64,000 bases of DNA from Sporopachydermia quercuum (lineage: Eukaryota), in assembly GCA_001599295.1 (NCBI GenBank), contig BCGN01000004.1, positions 500,138 through 564,137 on the forward strand, in the 5' to 3' direction. This document shows, one piece after another, positions 23,201 through 35,517 of this stretch (position 1 is the first letter of the stretch; the number at the start of each line of letters is the position of its first letter). Under the pieces are notes generated by a model. The model worked only from the letters and a program-made list of their open reading frames with translations, had not been told where the DNA came from and did not search any database. A program made the translations under genes and the position numbers.

Positions 23201-24326
23201 AAGATTCATAAGCTATTTCGTAGTTTTTAATGGCTTGGTCAAGATCCTGTCGTAGCTCTGAGAAAACGGCTGTCTTCATATTGTATCTAACATCCCAGCC
23301 CATATGGCTTATAGGTATAACTGGTGTATTAATACTATTAGTAGTGGCAGGCGAAATAATATTGCTATTATTACCATTACTATTACTGCTACTAGTAGTA
23401 GTATTACTAGCACTTGCTGATTTTCCATTATGGAATATACTAAGAGACGTCATACTAGGTGATAATAACTGTCTTGGTAATGAGCCACCTCTGTTTTTTC
23501 TCTTCTTCGCAGCTTTTTCTAATCCAATATAAAACTCTTTGCACCATGGCTCAATACTATCATACATGCTATGTACAGTATTCTGGATATGTGGTATGGA
23601 ACTATCAGTGTTGATAAAGAATAAATCAATTTTTGAGGTTATTCCTGAGAGCTGTTTGATGACATTAATCCTATCGAGAATCTCTGGATTGACAATTGTT
23701 GATTTGCTGCTTGTCAATAAAATTATAAGTTTAGTATTGAACTCAGTTAACATTCGTTTCAGTCCCAAGATTTCTTTACCAAGAGCTTCACTGTTTGGAG
23801 AGGAATCTAAATCAAATACCGAAATAAATGCTGCAGGCAGTATATCAGTGTATTTTTCTATCCATAGAGGTGTAAAAATACCATTTGGATATAAAGGAGA
23901 AGAAGGGTTCAATGGCGATAGAGGAGATCTCAAAGAACTACCAGTAGAACCACCGGAACCAGAAGAGACATTCGAAGAAGCAATTGGTAAAAAATGCTCA
24001 TTGGAAATGAATTTTATGTTGAATATCAAGTCATTCCTTTGTAGAGAATCATTTGCCTGCAAATTGGCCGCCGCTGTTGGTTTCAGAAGTTCCTTTACCC
24101 ATATTCTATCTTTGGTGCTTCTGCTGTTCAGATGTTCTTTCAGTTGAGCAGTAAATCCATTGTCAGAAAGAAGATTTGATTTCCTGGGGATCAGAACAAC
24201 GTCTTCAAGCAGTGGGTGGCTTGGCTTAGAAGTCCCAGATTTCTGAGTGGTTTCGCTGGTGCCTAAGCCTTGAACCAATACTAATGGTGCAAGCTGCTGA
24301 GTGTATTTCTGAGGGAAGTTCTCCAT
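20250..24326 (-). CDS. TRAPPC11 / Gryzun / foie-gras family TRAPPIII subunit, 1358 aa
   Basis: Motifs typical of fungal TRAPPC11: N-terminal MENFPQKY..PLVLVQGL, SPLSPLNPSSPLYPNGIFTPLWIEK and GWDVRYNMKTAVFSELRQDLDQAIKNYEIAY. A helical region is followed by a beta-rich C-terminus, with Asn/Ser low-complexity inserts. Confidence 0.85.
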   Translation of the reverse strand: MENFPQKYTQQLAPLVLVQGLGTSETTQKSGTSKPSHPLLEDVVLIPRKSNLLSDNGFTAQLKEHLNSRSTKDRIWVKELLKPTAAANLQANDSLQRNDLIFNIKFISNEHFLPIASSNVSSGSGGSTGSSLRSPLSPLNPSSPLYPNGIFTPLWIEKYTDILPAAFISVFDLDSSPNSEALGKEILGLKRMLTEFNTKLIILLTSSKSTIVNPEILDRINVIKQLSGITSKIDLFFINTDSSIPHIQNTVHSMYDSIEPWCKEFYIGLEKAAKKRKNRGGSLPRQLLSPSMTSLSIFHNGKSASASNTTTSSSNSNGNNSNIISPATTNSINTPVIPISHMGWDVRYNMKTAVFSELRQDLDQAIKNYEIAYESLLELFDTIVPSAKTNNDAIGVDVWVNARIILDAIVIKIVKLYLYSGFSTVAYRKFHIHVESVENLLHEKGIVLTTRTYYNWLYIQFSWFGYLAGLMPYSQSSASNNGPIITNTFDETVSKFCMPQPGYIILEALLCLKLRKEASLDLAGNTDNSGLLDNYLALSMQEEQKFPFSQKTFELLNTARSYFERNSAQFSKTIAYIDYQIGIELMSIKEYAAAADHYEKAVLVLRDSKWEYLLFSGLKNLYKCTVEQIKDSENDEEKQSLGRLIVMYLLEMSCLEVGEAELESIVALGGALREILPDLDLKIDKEYRIGLFEGAFLFQKSEIRNDEEVAIQLELKCNVADKLSSLLFGNETSGGSVAINNIEIAFLDAIHPIQITNICDNDNGNGNGSDKSQPSRLIQPIDLSDDSNNIRNVFKGSTNLSFKSKERKILQFTVRPYKIGSAVCDYVIVNISSPKLKLSIPIPVTPKDFDDTYLWYSTADSSNSRDNDSSLSKSRVISTVVKTETPSSCLVAPRRPKVTIDVSMAKEVFYKSTAKIPIMIKSEDDENVNISFSVQVDFDNGTKGIVSWQDDDTEKDTKDCNDPTSYTIKQITKSTNHRCYLYVDIPELXNTSNPPNNTASTASVNTITSNNKSPTILTINLTANFNINNNPDSKISESSTYQVDILVPFYASFSLAPQVNPDGLPSIILPEVSNNERTNTGREPFLPKSSRKWRLFCTIRSNHSSEIECYGDFDIKTKGDTTVAVEKDSIETKEPEIVIIGSKQTGVLEFTFDSKVNDGKMHKSVEVLSKLDLKWRLKSHKDNEKNKNNDSSTSFITEYNSYSFNEANFILSLSEPRVLLDIINSNDNRNIYTVNYYIENPSLTVLKFSLTLEKSIEELNNANKVNGNEKNELKFQDFTLTEGKRVQIVPVMPFTIQPVSFTFQLRNSMNKGEGKVWKKLPRLIVNDVLFKVTLAPILTRQTSKQVKLVDKYNVYILV

Positions 24327-25060
24327 AATTGAAACGGTATACTGATGAGTGTTCTCTTAAACGCAAACAATTTGACCATCAGTAATTGATGTACAATGAG
24401 ATAACTGCTTGTTATGCTAGTGTTTTAATGCTGAAATTTGAATGAGTGTATGTAAATGCTCAAATAGAAATGTCGAAGCACAATAGTATCACTGGCTAAC
24501 GAGCATGAGAGAAACGTGATAATGTGCTACCACCAGTGCATTGAGCTATTAGTTTAGGGCGGATTCCAACGTCAGGTTTCCCGTCAGAACTGTCAATAAT
24601 CTGTTAGATCTATGAAATATTACACAGGATACGACTCTTTCATAGCAGTATGGCACCAGTCTTATTGCTGAATAGTAAATCCTTGGCTAATGTGCCTATC
24701 AACAATGTTTACGATTACTCAGTAAGAGGTGAATACGGATATTATAAGAAACGGAAACAATAGTAGCAGCTCCTGAAGCAGTGTTTTCCGATTTTTAGTC
24801 TCAAGACCCTTTTTCATAATGAGATGCGATGTTGTAGAAACTGAAAAATTCTGGCTCAATTTTCAAATGCCGAGAAAGCACAAAGAGAAAAAAAAAAGCA
24901 TAAAAAATGTATAGCCAAGCGCAAATCTGCTTCTTACTTACGAATATTCTACAAATTTATCCTGTTGCTGCTTATACTTGTATTTATTTACAAATGAAGC
25001 TTCAGATGATGCAGGGTCTGTTTTTGCTGACTCGGTTGACAAGAAAGCTGAGTGTTGGAT

Positions 25061-28000
25061 ATGCGTGAAGGTAATGGAACTATCAGTAGGAGTAGTGAGG
25101 TTCTCCATGCTATTGAACCAATGATTGATACAGAATATAGAAAAATAGAGAAAGGAGTTTCTCGTTTGGACCTGGATTCTCCTACGAAGGGCGGTTCTAT
25201 TTCTGGATCAAAATCTGCCTCAAAATTGAAAAACAAGCAGAAAAACGAAGCAAAGATCAATCGTATTAAGCAGTATGAAGATGAGCTGATTCAAGGAACA
25301 AATGGTTCATCTATTGTATCAAAACGATCAGTCGAAAGACTTTACTCTAAGCTTGAGACTACTGAAAATAATACTCATCCAAAGGAATATTTCCGATATT
25401 TTGTTAAAAAGCCTCAACGGAGATCTCCTTGTATCAATCGTGGCTATTGGACTCGTATAATGGCTATTAGACAGAACATTGATTCGGTATTGAATAATAT
25501 AAACACTGATGATAAGGTGTTTATTGTGAATTTAGGATGCGGATAGTAAGTTTCCTTTTTGCTTTTTTTCTTTTTCTTTCTTTTTTTTTTTTGATCGTCA
25601 CATTGTTTATATGTTTCTAATTCACTCATTGCTAACGTTACCTAGTGATCCTTTACCATTTCAGTTCCTCGACAGGTATAGTAAGATCAAAGATCAACTA
25701 ACGTTTGTTGACGTTGATTATCCTGCATTGATAAAGGAAAAAGTGAAAATGGTCCTCAACTCGAAGGACCTAAAAGATATTATTAATTATAATGAGAATG
25801 CGACTGGGAATCTCGATTCTAGTATCAATGATACCAAAAACAAAACAGCTTCATCAATTGATGGCTTACTACCTATAAGAACACCTAATTATGTTACGGT
25901 TGAATGTGATTTACGAAATGGTGAACTATTACAACATATTTTCTGCACATTAGGGTTGAACTCACCTATCAACAGTTCTGCTGACAATACTAGAGCTCCT
26001 ATATCGATATTTCTTGCCGAAGTATCTCTAGCGTATATGGATCCTCTGTCTGCTAATAAGGTCATTGAATTAGCAGGCAATTTGCCAAAAGCCCATTTTA
26101 TCTTACTGGAACAAATCCTACCAGCAGGAAACCATCACCCTTTTGCTAGAGTAATGTTGCAACATTTTAATAAACTAGCAACGCCATTGAAAAGTGTCCA
26201 AAGCTATCCAAGTGTTGATTTGCAGGCCGGGAGGTTTAGAGGTAATGGTTTCAGTAGTGGGCAAGTCAGCGCTAAAGATTTATATGAGTTTTGGACAAAT
26301 GATATAAGCGATGAGCTGAAACTATTGGTTGATACTGTTGAAGATTTTGATGAATTAGAAGAATTTATACTGTTTTGTCAGCATTATGTGATAGTTCATG
26401 CTGTTAATTACACTACGGATAATACAAGTGCTAGTAGAGCAGCCATACAGTCTGTTCATACCAAAGCTTTTGAGAATAACTCATTATCGTCTTTGACTTC
26501 TACAGGAGCAGTGAAGAGCCGTCCTTATATTAATAGAAGATTTCCTGCGGGATGCACTATTGACAATGAAGTTATAGTCAATGGCGGGTTAAGTTCAACA
26601 AGAGTTAACAGTACAGTCAAAATATCTAATAAAAAATCAACTGAACTCATAATAACAAACCCTGATTTAATTCCGGCTTCAATGATGAGCTCTATGACTA
26701 GTTTTTATGACCCCAGCAAGGACAATAATACTAGTAGCAAAAACTCCAAGATCCATAATTCCTGTTTATTGACAGGAGGTCGTTCATCTCCCTCAAAAGC
26801 TTTCAACTCTTGCTATAAACTATCATCAGCTGTTGATAATCCTAATGAATATACATGGGAATCATGCTGTATTTTACCTTATCCTCGGCATAGACATTCA
26901 TCGTTTACTGTTGATGATACTACAGTAGTATTGTTTGGTGGATTGAATGTTTTGAGCGATAACCCTTCCAATAACAACGAATCTCCTTTTATTGGGTACA
27001 ATTCCGTTGACGATAAATGGACTGAATATAAAATAATCTGTGAAGATCCTTTGAATCCTGATCATATTCTTCAAAGCAGGTTTTCCAGTTCTGTTGTTTG
27101 GAATAACGATACCAAAACTGGTATTATAATAGGTGGAATCCCTAATACTGCTACCTGTACTACAAGAGTATCTAACGACATTATACGATTCACCATTAAT
27201 CCTCAAGAACAACCAAATACTATCATCATCAAACAAATACTACCAGGAAATGTTCTTTTAAACAGATATGGAGCTCAAGCTTGTTTCATCAATGCTGATG
27301 AAATATTACTTTCTGGTGGTGTATCTGAAAGCATTTTATATGATCAACAGAACACCTTCACTGTATTGAACATCCAAACTAATAGTATTAAACAGGTTCC
27401 TATCGGCGACTCTCTTTGGCAAGAAATGCCATTGTTGATTGGTTCTTGTTTATTCAAGACAAATATTGAATCTACGTTTATGTGGGTAGCTGGTGGAGCA
27501 ATATGCTTCTCATTTGGTAGCAAATGGAATGATATGTTAGTACTGAACATAGGCGCTAACAAGACAGAGAACGCAGCTGGAAAAGAAGAGAGAAAAGTAA
27601 GCAAAGGGGCTAGTTCTGATGTTGATGATTATATCAATTCATCAATTGCATATCTACAAAAGAAACCAACGTTTAGGCTCCCAATTGACAGCTCAGCAAC
27701 AACAGCTTTGGCATCATTAGAATCTTCAAAACCTATTGAAATTCCTATCACCAGCTTAACGGAATCAGTTTGGATCAAAGCTCTGAAAGAAAACAAACCT
27801 GTCGTGTTCAAAAACGTGAATTTAGGACCATGTCTTGCTTGGTCAATCGATACATTGAAGACAAGGATTTCATCGACCAAGCTTTTCTCTGTTCATAAGG
27901 CAAAGAAATCAATTACGAATATGAATTTCCATGCAAAAAACTTCAGTTATGAGAAAATGACATTCAGCTCGTTTATTGATCATATAACAGATAATATTTC

Positions 28001-28670
28001 TAATGATAATACCACTAATGATAGTAATAACGATTATAATTATTATTTAAGGTCATTATCAACAAACAACGAGAAAACTAAACCAACTTTATTAGAAGAA
28101 GATTTCCCTGAGTTATCAAACGATTTCCAACTACCAATAGAGTTTTCAATAGTAAATCAGAACTTGTTCTCAACTCCTTTAAGAGTCTCTTCACCAGGAA
28201 TCTCCGTTTGGTTACACTATGATGTAATGTCTAATATATTGTGTCAAGTGATAGGAAAGAAAACTATCAGACTGTATAAACCAGACGACGTCAACAAGCT
28301 TGGATTTCCTCACGGTGATAGCACTTCAAGAATTGAGAATATATTTGATAAACAAGTTGAAGATCGCTTAAGATCAATTGGAGTAGAAGTATACGAATGT
28401 GAACTGAGTCCTGGCGATGTCTTATATATACCATCGTTATGGATACATGCAACCGATGTTAAAAAAGTTTCTGTTTCAATAAATGTGTTTTGGAAGAATT
28501 TGCCAGATGAATTGTATAGTGGAGGTGTTGATGCTTACGGAAATAAAGATATAGACGCATACGGAAAAGGTAGGGAGAATGTGAGCAAGATAAAGAAGCT
28601 GTTTAGGGATGTGCCAGAAGAGATGAAAAGATTTTATGTACAGAGGTTGGCGAAAGAACTGCAAGAATGA
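25061..28670 (+). CDS. PPM2: tRNA wybutosine-synthesizing protein 4 (LCM methyltransferase + Kelch) fused to a C-terminal JmjC (TYW5-like) domain; exons 25061-25545 and 25646-28670; 1169 aa
   Basis: [19 protein letters not shown] and [11 protein letters not shown]; the SAM motif VNLGCG-Y-DPLPF is restored across the intron; [10 protein letters not shown]; Kelch GG repeats; Jmj[10 protein letters not shown]...[16 protein letters not shown]. The exact start ATG is uncertain. Confidence 0.92.
25546..25645 (+). other. PPM2: Spliceosomal intron of PPM2/TYW4 (100 nt, phase 2)
   Basis: GTAAGT donor, poly-T tract, GCTAAC branch at 25631-25636 and TAG acceptor. TA+T gives Tyr and restores LGCGYDP. 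Confidence 0.93.
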
Positions 28671-29393
28671 GAGTATTGAAAACGATAGTCAGAGATGATT
28701 TTATGTGAAGGGATAATGCTTTGAATATGAAACATCAGCAGAGAATGGTATGTTGAGAGTGTTCACTAGGTAATGGAGGACTATTAATGAGAATTGGAAT
28801 TGAATTGGGTTGATATCAATAGGACTAGAAGTATATATAGATAATATCCAACTACATAATTTAGTCATAAATGTTTTCAATGTTCATCGAGAAATCGATC
28901 TAGTCAGTAGATCTAAAAACACTCATCCTCCTACAGGGGAAAACACTACGACAGGAAGGGCAATCTATTGAGTATGTTCAATATTGATATACTATAATAA
29001 AACTATGTGCAATAAAAAATAGTGCAGCTGTAGCACTAGTATTATGTCGATGTTTCTTGTCGACCAGCAATGTTTTCAATAAGATATAATATTCTTGACA
29101 TTCCCCCTGCAAGCAAAACTCATTTCTGTTCGAGGTTTCCTGTTCTAAACCACGTGCCCTACCGAGAAAAATATTCTTATGTATCCGGGCACGTGATCTG
29201 GTGGTAGTACTATTTATCTTTCCATCCCGTCACTCTACTCTTACTTATCTTATCTCCTACAGCTCATACTTATAACCAACTTTCAAAATTGCATTCAAAC
29301 TAAATAAAAACCAATAGAAACAACAGCAACATCATCACCAAATACGACTATGAACAAAACAATAGAACCTTTTTTACAAGTGCCCTGTAACAA

Positions 29394-31451
29394 CTAATCC
29401 ACTTTAGCGAGAATAAGTGCAACACGACTTGGAATATACACTTGCAAGAAATTCCTTCTATTGTTCCATGGCAAATCAGTTGTGTGAAACTCAGTACTCA
29501 AATCAACTCTTGAGTGACCACCATACTTCTCATCGTCAGATGACAATACAATCTTATATGTGCCTCCATATTCAACACCAACTCTATAATCAGGGAATGA
29601 ATTTGTTGGATGGAAATTGAAGACCCATAATAAACCGGCTCTCTCAAATACAATCACTTTATCAGCTTCATTTTTCAGTGAAATGTAAGCTTGAGGAGAA
29701 GACAACCAATGATATTTTTCTTCTAAATGTTGCATAGCAGCATCAAACCAATATAAAAACTTGTATCTCAATAAATCATCATCAACCAAATTAAATTGAC
29801 GTCTTGCATAATGGAAAGAGTTGTTATTACCAAATCTTGGGAAATCTAACCATTCAGGATGACCAAACTCATTACCTTCAAAATTAAGGTAGCCTTCACC
29901 ACCAAGACCATGAGTCAACAAACGTATCATTTTATGTAAAGCAATACCTCTATCAATAATAGGAGTCAATTCAGACAAACATGACATATTGGTATACATT
30001 TCTTTATCCATTAACCAAAATGCAAGCGTTTTATCACCAACTAAGGCTTGATCGTGAGATTCACAATATGCAATAGACTTTTCTAGATGACGTCTATTAG
30101 TTAATTGGAAACAAATGTGAGATAAATCCCAATCTTCATCTTTGCGCTCTTTCAAGATCTTAATCCACATATCAGGAATGGCCATAGAAAGACGGTAATC
30201 AAAGCCAACTCCACCGATTTTCAATGGTAAGCATAAAGCTGGCATACCAGAGACGTCCTCAGCAATAGTGATCAGTTGATTACTTAGTCTACGAAGCATT
30301 TCATTAGCTAGCATAAGATAAACAACACCTTCTTCATCAACGGCTGCATCTCCAAAATATTCATGATATCCACCAGAAAATCCGGTACCAATACCATGAT
30401 GCAAATATAGAATAGATGTTACACCATCAAATCTAAAACCGTCGAATTGATACTCGTCAATATAAAATCTCAAGTTAGATAACAGGAATCTCAGCACCTC
30501 GTGCTTACCATAGTTGAATAATCTTGAATCCCATAATTCGTGGTTACCTTTTGGACCACCATGGAAATATTGATAGTCAGTACCATCAAACATATTAATA
30601 CCATCTAAAACATTTTTGCAGGCATGAGAATGAACAACATCAAGTAAAACAGTTATGCCCATTCCATGAGCAGTATCAATTAATTCCATTAGATCTTCAG
30701 GGGGACCATAACGAGAGCTTGCAGCAAAGAAATTTGTCACTTGGTAACCAAATGAAGCATAGTAAGCATGTTCCATGATTGCCATTAACTGAATAATGTT
30801 ATATCCTAATTCGTTGATTCTAGGTAGAATATTCTTGGTAAATTCCTTATATGTACCAACTCTTGGTTCAGGAGTCGATATACCAACATGAGCTTCATAG
30901 ATTCTAGCTGATTTTGGCTTTTCAGGTCTCTTATTTTTGAAAACATATTTCTTTGGAGGATTCCAAAACCTACCATCGTATATTGGGGATACTGATAAAT
31001 CCTGGGTCACTCTTCTAATCCAAGCAGGAATACGATCAATTCTTTCTCCACCAGGGATAACCATAGAGATCTTCACTCTTGAGTCGTGAGGAATTGCTGG
31101 TTGACCTTCATGAGTTGCTGATATAGTACATTCAAACACACCATAAGCATCTTTAACCATTGGATTGGCATCATGGTTCCAATTGTTGAAATCACCAATC
31201 AATGAAGCAGCAACGGCATTTGGTGCCCATTCACGATAGATGATATCATTATTTGGTTGAACTTGGAATCCGTATTTTTCATATCCTTTAGCAAATTCAA
31301 CTAATCCACCTTCGTCTCTTTCAAATCTTGCAATCCAATCTTGAGCAATATTATACCTTCTTGCGATAGAATCACGGAAAGGCTCTAACCAAGGGTCTAG
31401 TTCAATGATACCTGTTCCTGGCGTTTTGCTGAGAATTTCTTCTTCATTCAT
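29394..31451 (-). CDS. GLC3: 1,4-alpha-glucan branching enzyme (GH13), 685 aa
   Basis: [49 protein letters not shown] and [14 protein letters not shown]. Confidence 0.97.
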   Translation of the reverse strand: MNEEEILSKTPGTGIIELDPWLEPFRDSIARRYNIAQDWIARFERDEGGLVEFAKGYEKYGFQVQPNNDIIYREWAPNAVAASLIGDFNNWNHDANPMVKDAYGVFECTISATHEGQPAIPHDSRVKISMVIPGGERIDRIPAWIRRVTQDLSVSPIYDGRFWNPPKKYVFKNKRPEKPKSARIYEAHVGISTPEPRVGTYKEFTKNILPRINELGYNIIQLMAIMEHAYYASFGYQVTNFFAASSRYGPPEDLMELIDTAHGMGITVLLDVVHSHACKNVLDGINMFDGTDYQYFHGGPKGNHELWDSRLFNYGKHEVLRFLLSNLRFYIDEYQFDGFRFDGVTSILYLHHGIGTGFSGGYHEYFGDAAVDEEGVVYLMLANEMLRRLSNQLITIAEDVSGMPALCLPLKIGGVGFDYRLSMAIPDMWIKILKERKDEDWDLSHICFQLTNRRHLEKSIAYCESHDQALVGDKTLAFWLMDKEMYTNMSCLSELTPIIDRGIALHKMIRLLTHGLGGEGYLNFEGNEFGHPEWLDFPRFGNNNSFHYARRQFNLVDDDLLRYKFLYWFDAAMQHLEEKYHWLSSPQAYISLKNEADKVIVFERAGLLWVFNFHPTNSFPDYRVGVEYGGTYKIVLSSDDEKYGGHSRVDLSTEFHTTDLPWNNRRNFLQVYIPSRVALILAKVD

Positions 31452-34400
31452 TGTGGGATGTTATATATATCTAATGGTATGAGCTGTTAGTACAAAGTGA
31501 ATAGACAAGGAATAAAAAGGATGAGCCGCTATCCAGAAAGAGGTTTGAGTGCATGAAAAGTTTGGAGATTCATGTATTTCTTGAGAGACACATTCAGTGT
31601 TTCTTAGATACCAGAGATCTAACTCCAGTAGAAAAGTACTGATTGATTGGACAATGAATTGTTGTGTTATCATAAAGAGTAGAATAGACGCTATGACGAC
31701 CTAATCATAGCCAGATGATAGAATTCTCATCAGATTTGCGATCACAATGAACAACCAACAGAGATTTATTGAATCTCGATTATATATTCACCGTTTTTCC
31801 TTCAAAACGTTTCAAAAACAATGATAATGACACCAAATTATCCATGTAGTAGCAGCTCATCGAATGGCTGGCAGAATTGAGTTTGATACATTGAATGATC
31901 CATGAATGAGTAGATAAGATAACAGAGGAAATACATACAAAACGTTACTTTTAGCTAACTATAGAAGCAAAATTAAACGATTTACTTGGTTTAATCACTG
32001 ATTTAACCGATAATTGGCGCAGAATTAGTTAAATAATTTTCGGTGATAACTTGTGATTAAGTAGGAAGAAGGGAAGAGGGAAAGGGCAATGAATAGATAG
32101 GCAAGCGAAGTACACATTTTGAGTTTTGGAGTGAAAATTAGGGTTAAGGTTTATGTATTGGCTGGAGCTAAGAAAATAAAGTTTGAACGAATCTCAGGGT
32201 GATCGGGGAGGTAGAAACATTAAAGGATCAAGGGAGAGAGGGGAATCAGGTAGGTAAAAAGAGGGTAGACAATGGAAAGAGAACACTAGATCCTGAGTAT
32301 AAATACATAGAGAAAAGACTTATTTTTTCTAGAGAAAGCAAACATTTATCGTAGGTCATTGTTGAAAATGCAGTTGGTGAAGAGAAATGAATAATCTTGG
32401 GGTGATCTAGGAACATTAAGTTTAAGTAATGCTTCCCAATTTAGTTATTGCATGAAGCAAGCATGGAGAGGATCATATATTGATGAGATATCGCCTCACT
32501 AAAGACTAGAGTAGAGGCCAATTTAGCTTGAACGTTAATCTTAGCTTGGAAATAGGCTGCATAATTATACATATTTTGGTTCTGACAATACACATCTATA
32601 ATGAATTTTCATAAAATTCACAGGCTTTTTACCGTTTGAGTGGTAAATAATAATGTTGATTACATAAATTTATGACCAAGTACTACTATTATGTTAGCAA
32701 ACCCATTACATATAACGAGGGAAAAAATTATCACACGGAAAATGTCCCATATCTTAATCAGTTATTGAGATTCCTTAATGAAATTAAGTTCCCTTTAAAG
32801 TTTAAGATTTGAACATTCCTTGTTAGAAAGCCAATCGACAGCTCACTGTTGCGAACAATGAGATTCAATGTGCTGTCATCTTGCTTATTCTTGGATTAAT
32901 AGGAGTTTTAGGTAGCGAAGTGTCATAGTAAAATTGAATAAATCTTTCACATTTTTTGTACCTTTTCTCGAAACCGGTACTTCTCGGACTGATCTGCTTG
33001 ATCGTCTAATTGTCTGTTGCTGCCGATATGTTTGGTAATTTAGTGATCCTGCATGTTTATGCAATTGATTCTGCCATGCATAAAAGGTAAATCTCTAGTA
33101 CTCATGATGATACATCATGTTGATCACTGTGACAGGACAGTCATTCTCAGGCGATGACTATATTATTCCTTATCTTATATCTTTTTCTAATCATCTACTT
33201 TCCTTGTTTATACTGCATATGTTGCTATATTATAATCCATCTGTAATTCAGTACTAATATATCAATTGTGCTAAGTATTATGCTCTCTAAGTAAATTACA
33301 AGCATGGGTTCAGACGTGAAAGCAAGCCAAACAAGACAGAATGTCCCCTATGGATGGATTCGATATATCACCATACAACCATTCTCAGCATCAGTAGAGG
33401 TGAGTATTTAGAGACTGTAAAGTAATTCACACAAAACATATTAACATTGGAAATTATTAGCAATTTCAACGTACCAAGCAGAATTTTGCTGAGCAAGAGC
33501 AAATGAGCTTTACTTCACAGAAGGTTTGTAAAGATAAGGGCTAATAGTAAAGCGTTTCAGCTGATCCTTCCTACAGTTAGTTGTGGAACTAACAAATCTA
33601 TAGTCATGGACAAATTGCCAAACAGCTTCAGAAAGCTATAAGAAAAAGTATTAGCTATTTGTANTAATTGCCTATTTGTATCGCTCTTCTATCGAATCAA
33701 TGGACCCTACTAACCATTCCCCAGGCTTGGCAAACAGAGTGCTCAACTAAGAGACGGAGTACCCAAAGCTCACTATTACCTTTCACAGACGCTTCGATGA
33801 CTATCTGTTGGAATACCTAGTATATTACTTCTTCCAATTTACAGAAGAAACAGTCATGTCTCATGTATCAAGTAATTCATCATATCAAACCACACAGCTC
33901 TCAGTTTGCATTAGAGATCCCACTAGAAATAAGGGTTAAATGATTACGTGAAGAGCGATACTGGCTTTGTCATCCCTAAACTGTTACCCGGTGATCATAA
34001 ACCACAGAATGCTTGATATTTGTACCGTCGATATCGGACATTTTTTGTAAGTTTCAATCACCGAGATCACAAACACAGTTACGGGACAGATTTTGGAAGA
34101 GAAAGTATTTCCCCTCCTAGAAACATTAGAATTTCGATCCTTCCTTCTGAGATTCTTCAGGTTCTCACTTCATGAGACTCATTTTTCATAACGCGATGTG
34201 TTCGATTCTTATAGACAATAAACTCTAAGTATCTAATCAAGCATTCTATCAAGCTCAAAGGAGCATCCCCTCTATACAGTTATTTCCCATATCGGACTGC
34301 TAAACTTTAGGTGTGTCCCATGCCAGGGCAATAATTTACAAACCCCGTCAATTTTTGCTTATCAATTTGAGTTAGATTCCTTGATATTTCTTCCTTTTCT

Positions 34401-34566
34401 AAATGTTGAAATTAGGGATCAACAAATCAAGGAGTTATCAATAACATTAACACCGTTGTTTGAGACAAATATCAAAGCTAAAAAGGCAAATATCCAATTG
34501 CACTTGCCCGGACGTTGGCTTCTACAATCAGACGAATACACCTAGTGTCAAGTCTCAAGTTTCATT

Positions 34567-35517
34567 ATGGTAGCCCTTACCCGTGGAGTAGAGCAAATGG
34601 CCAGTAGGTCGTTTGGTCTGACGAGCAAAAATACCGGTGGTTTAAACAGACAGATTCAACAGGTTCGATGCAATTCTAGTTCTATTTCAGCATTGGCCTA
34701 TAAGACACTTCATAGAAATTCCGAAAGGCCACCATTGCCAACTGTTGATACCCCTAATTGGTCAGCTAATGCAGCAGTGTCCTCAATTCTGTATGAAACA
34801 CCATTGCCATCAGCAGCACCAGCAAAGCCACATGTTCTGAACTGTTTAGTTCAAAACGAACCAGGTGTTTTGTCCAGAATATCTGGTACTCTTGCAGCCC
34901 GGGGGTTCAATATCGACTCGTTAGTTGTTTGTAATACTGAAGTTAAGAACTTAAGTAGAATGACAATTGTATTGCAAGGTCAAGATGGTGTAATAGAACA
35001 AGCAAGACGTCAAATTGAAGATTTGGTACCCGTTTATGCCGTGCTAAATTACACAAATGCTGAGATCATCAAAAGAGAACTGTTATTAGTTAGAGTTTCA
35101 TTATTGGGCCCAGAGTACTTTCAAGATTTGATTCATCACCATGACCACTATTTGCATAGTGGAGTAGGAAGCTCATCCTTCACACGTACAGCAATGTCTG
35201 ATTTCCATCCCAATGTTATCGCTCCAAGTGAAGCATTAAGACATAAGCATGAACATTTGAATGCTATCACTCAACTGGCTGGTCAATTTGGAGGTAAAAT
35301 TGTGGATATCTCTGACAGAAACTGTGTTGTCGAGCTATGTGCTAAGCCTAGTAGAGTTTCATCATTTATACAATTAGTCAACCCATTTGGCGTATTGGAA
35401 GTAGCAAGATCAGGAATGATGGCCCTACCAAGAACTCCTTTAGAAAACTTGGGGGCAAATGAACCACCTAAAGATGCTAGTGATGTTGTCGATGCATCTC
35501 AATTACCTCCTGGTTAA
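34567..35517 (+). CDS. ILV6: Acetolactate synthase regulatory subunit, mitochondrial, 316 aa
   Basis: Presequence-like N-terminus; ACT domain HVLNCLVQNEPGVLSRISGTLAARGFNIDSLVV; C-terminal ARSGMMALPRTPL...DASQLPPG. Confidence 0.96.
   Translation: MVALTRGVEQMASRSFGLTSKNTGGLNRQIQQVRCNSSSISALAYKTLHRNSERPPLPTVDTPNWSANAAVSSILYETPLPSAAPAKPHVLNCLVQNEPGVLSRISGTLAARGFNIDSLVVCNTEVKNLSRMTIVLQGQDGVIEQARRQIEDLVPVYAVLNYTNAEIIKRELLLVRVSLLGPEYFQDLIHHHDHYLHSGVGSSSFTRTAMSDFHPNVIAPSEALRHKHEHLNAITQLAGQFGGKIVDISDRNCVVELCAKPSRVSSFIQLVNPFGVLEVARSGMMALPRTPLENLGANEPPKDASDVVDASQLPPG

Noticed and set aside
23539..24147. 202-aa plus-strand ORF and other antisense ORFs overlapping long genes (e.g. 15938-16351, 22105-22464, 61975-62334)
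   Set aside because: Shadow frames opposite well-supported genes, with no recognisable motifs.
24815..24851. PAC/RRPE-like motifs upstream of PPM2
   Set aside because: Both are imperfect (ATGAGATGCGATG; TGAAAAATTC) and too weak to call.
29090..29197. ATCACGTG as CDEI of a point centromere
   Set aside because: No very AT-rich CDEII and no CCGAA CDEIII at the expected distance; the lineage is unlikely to have point centromeres.
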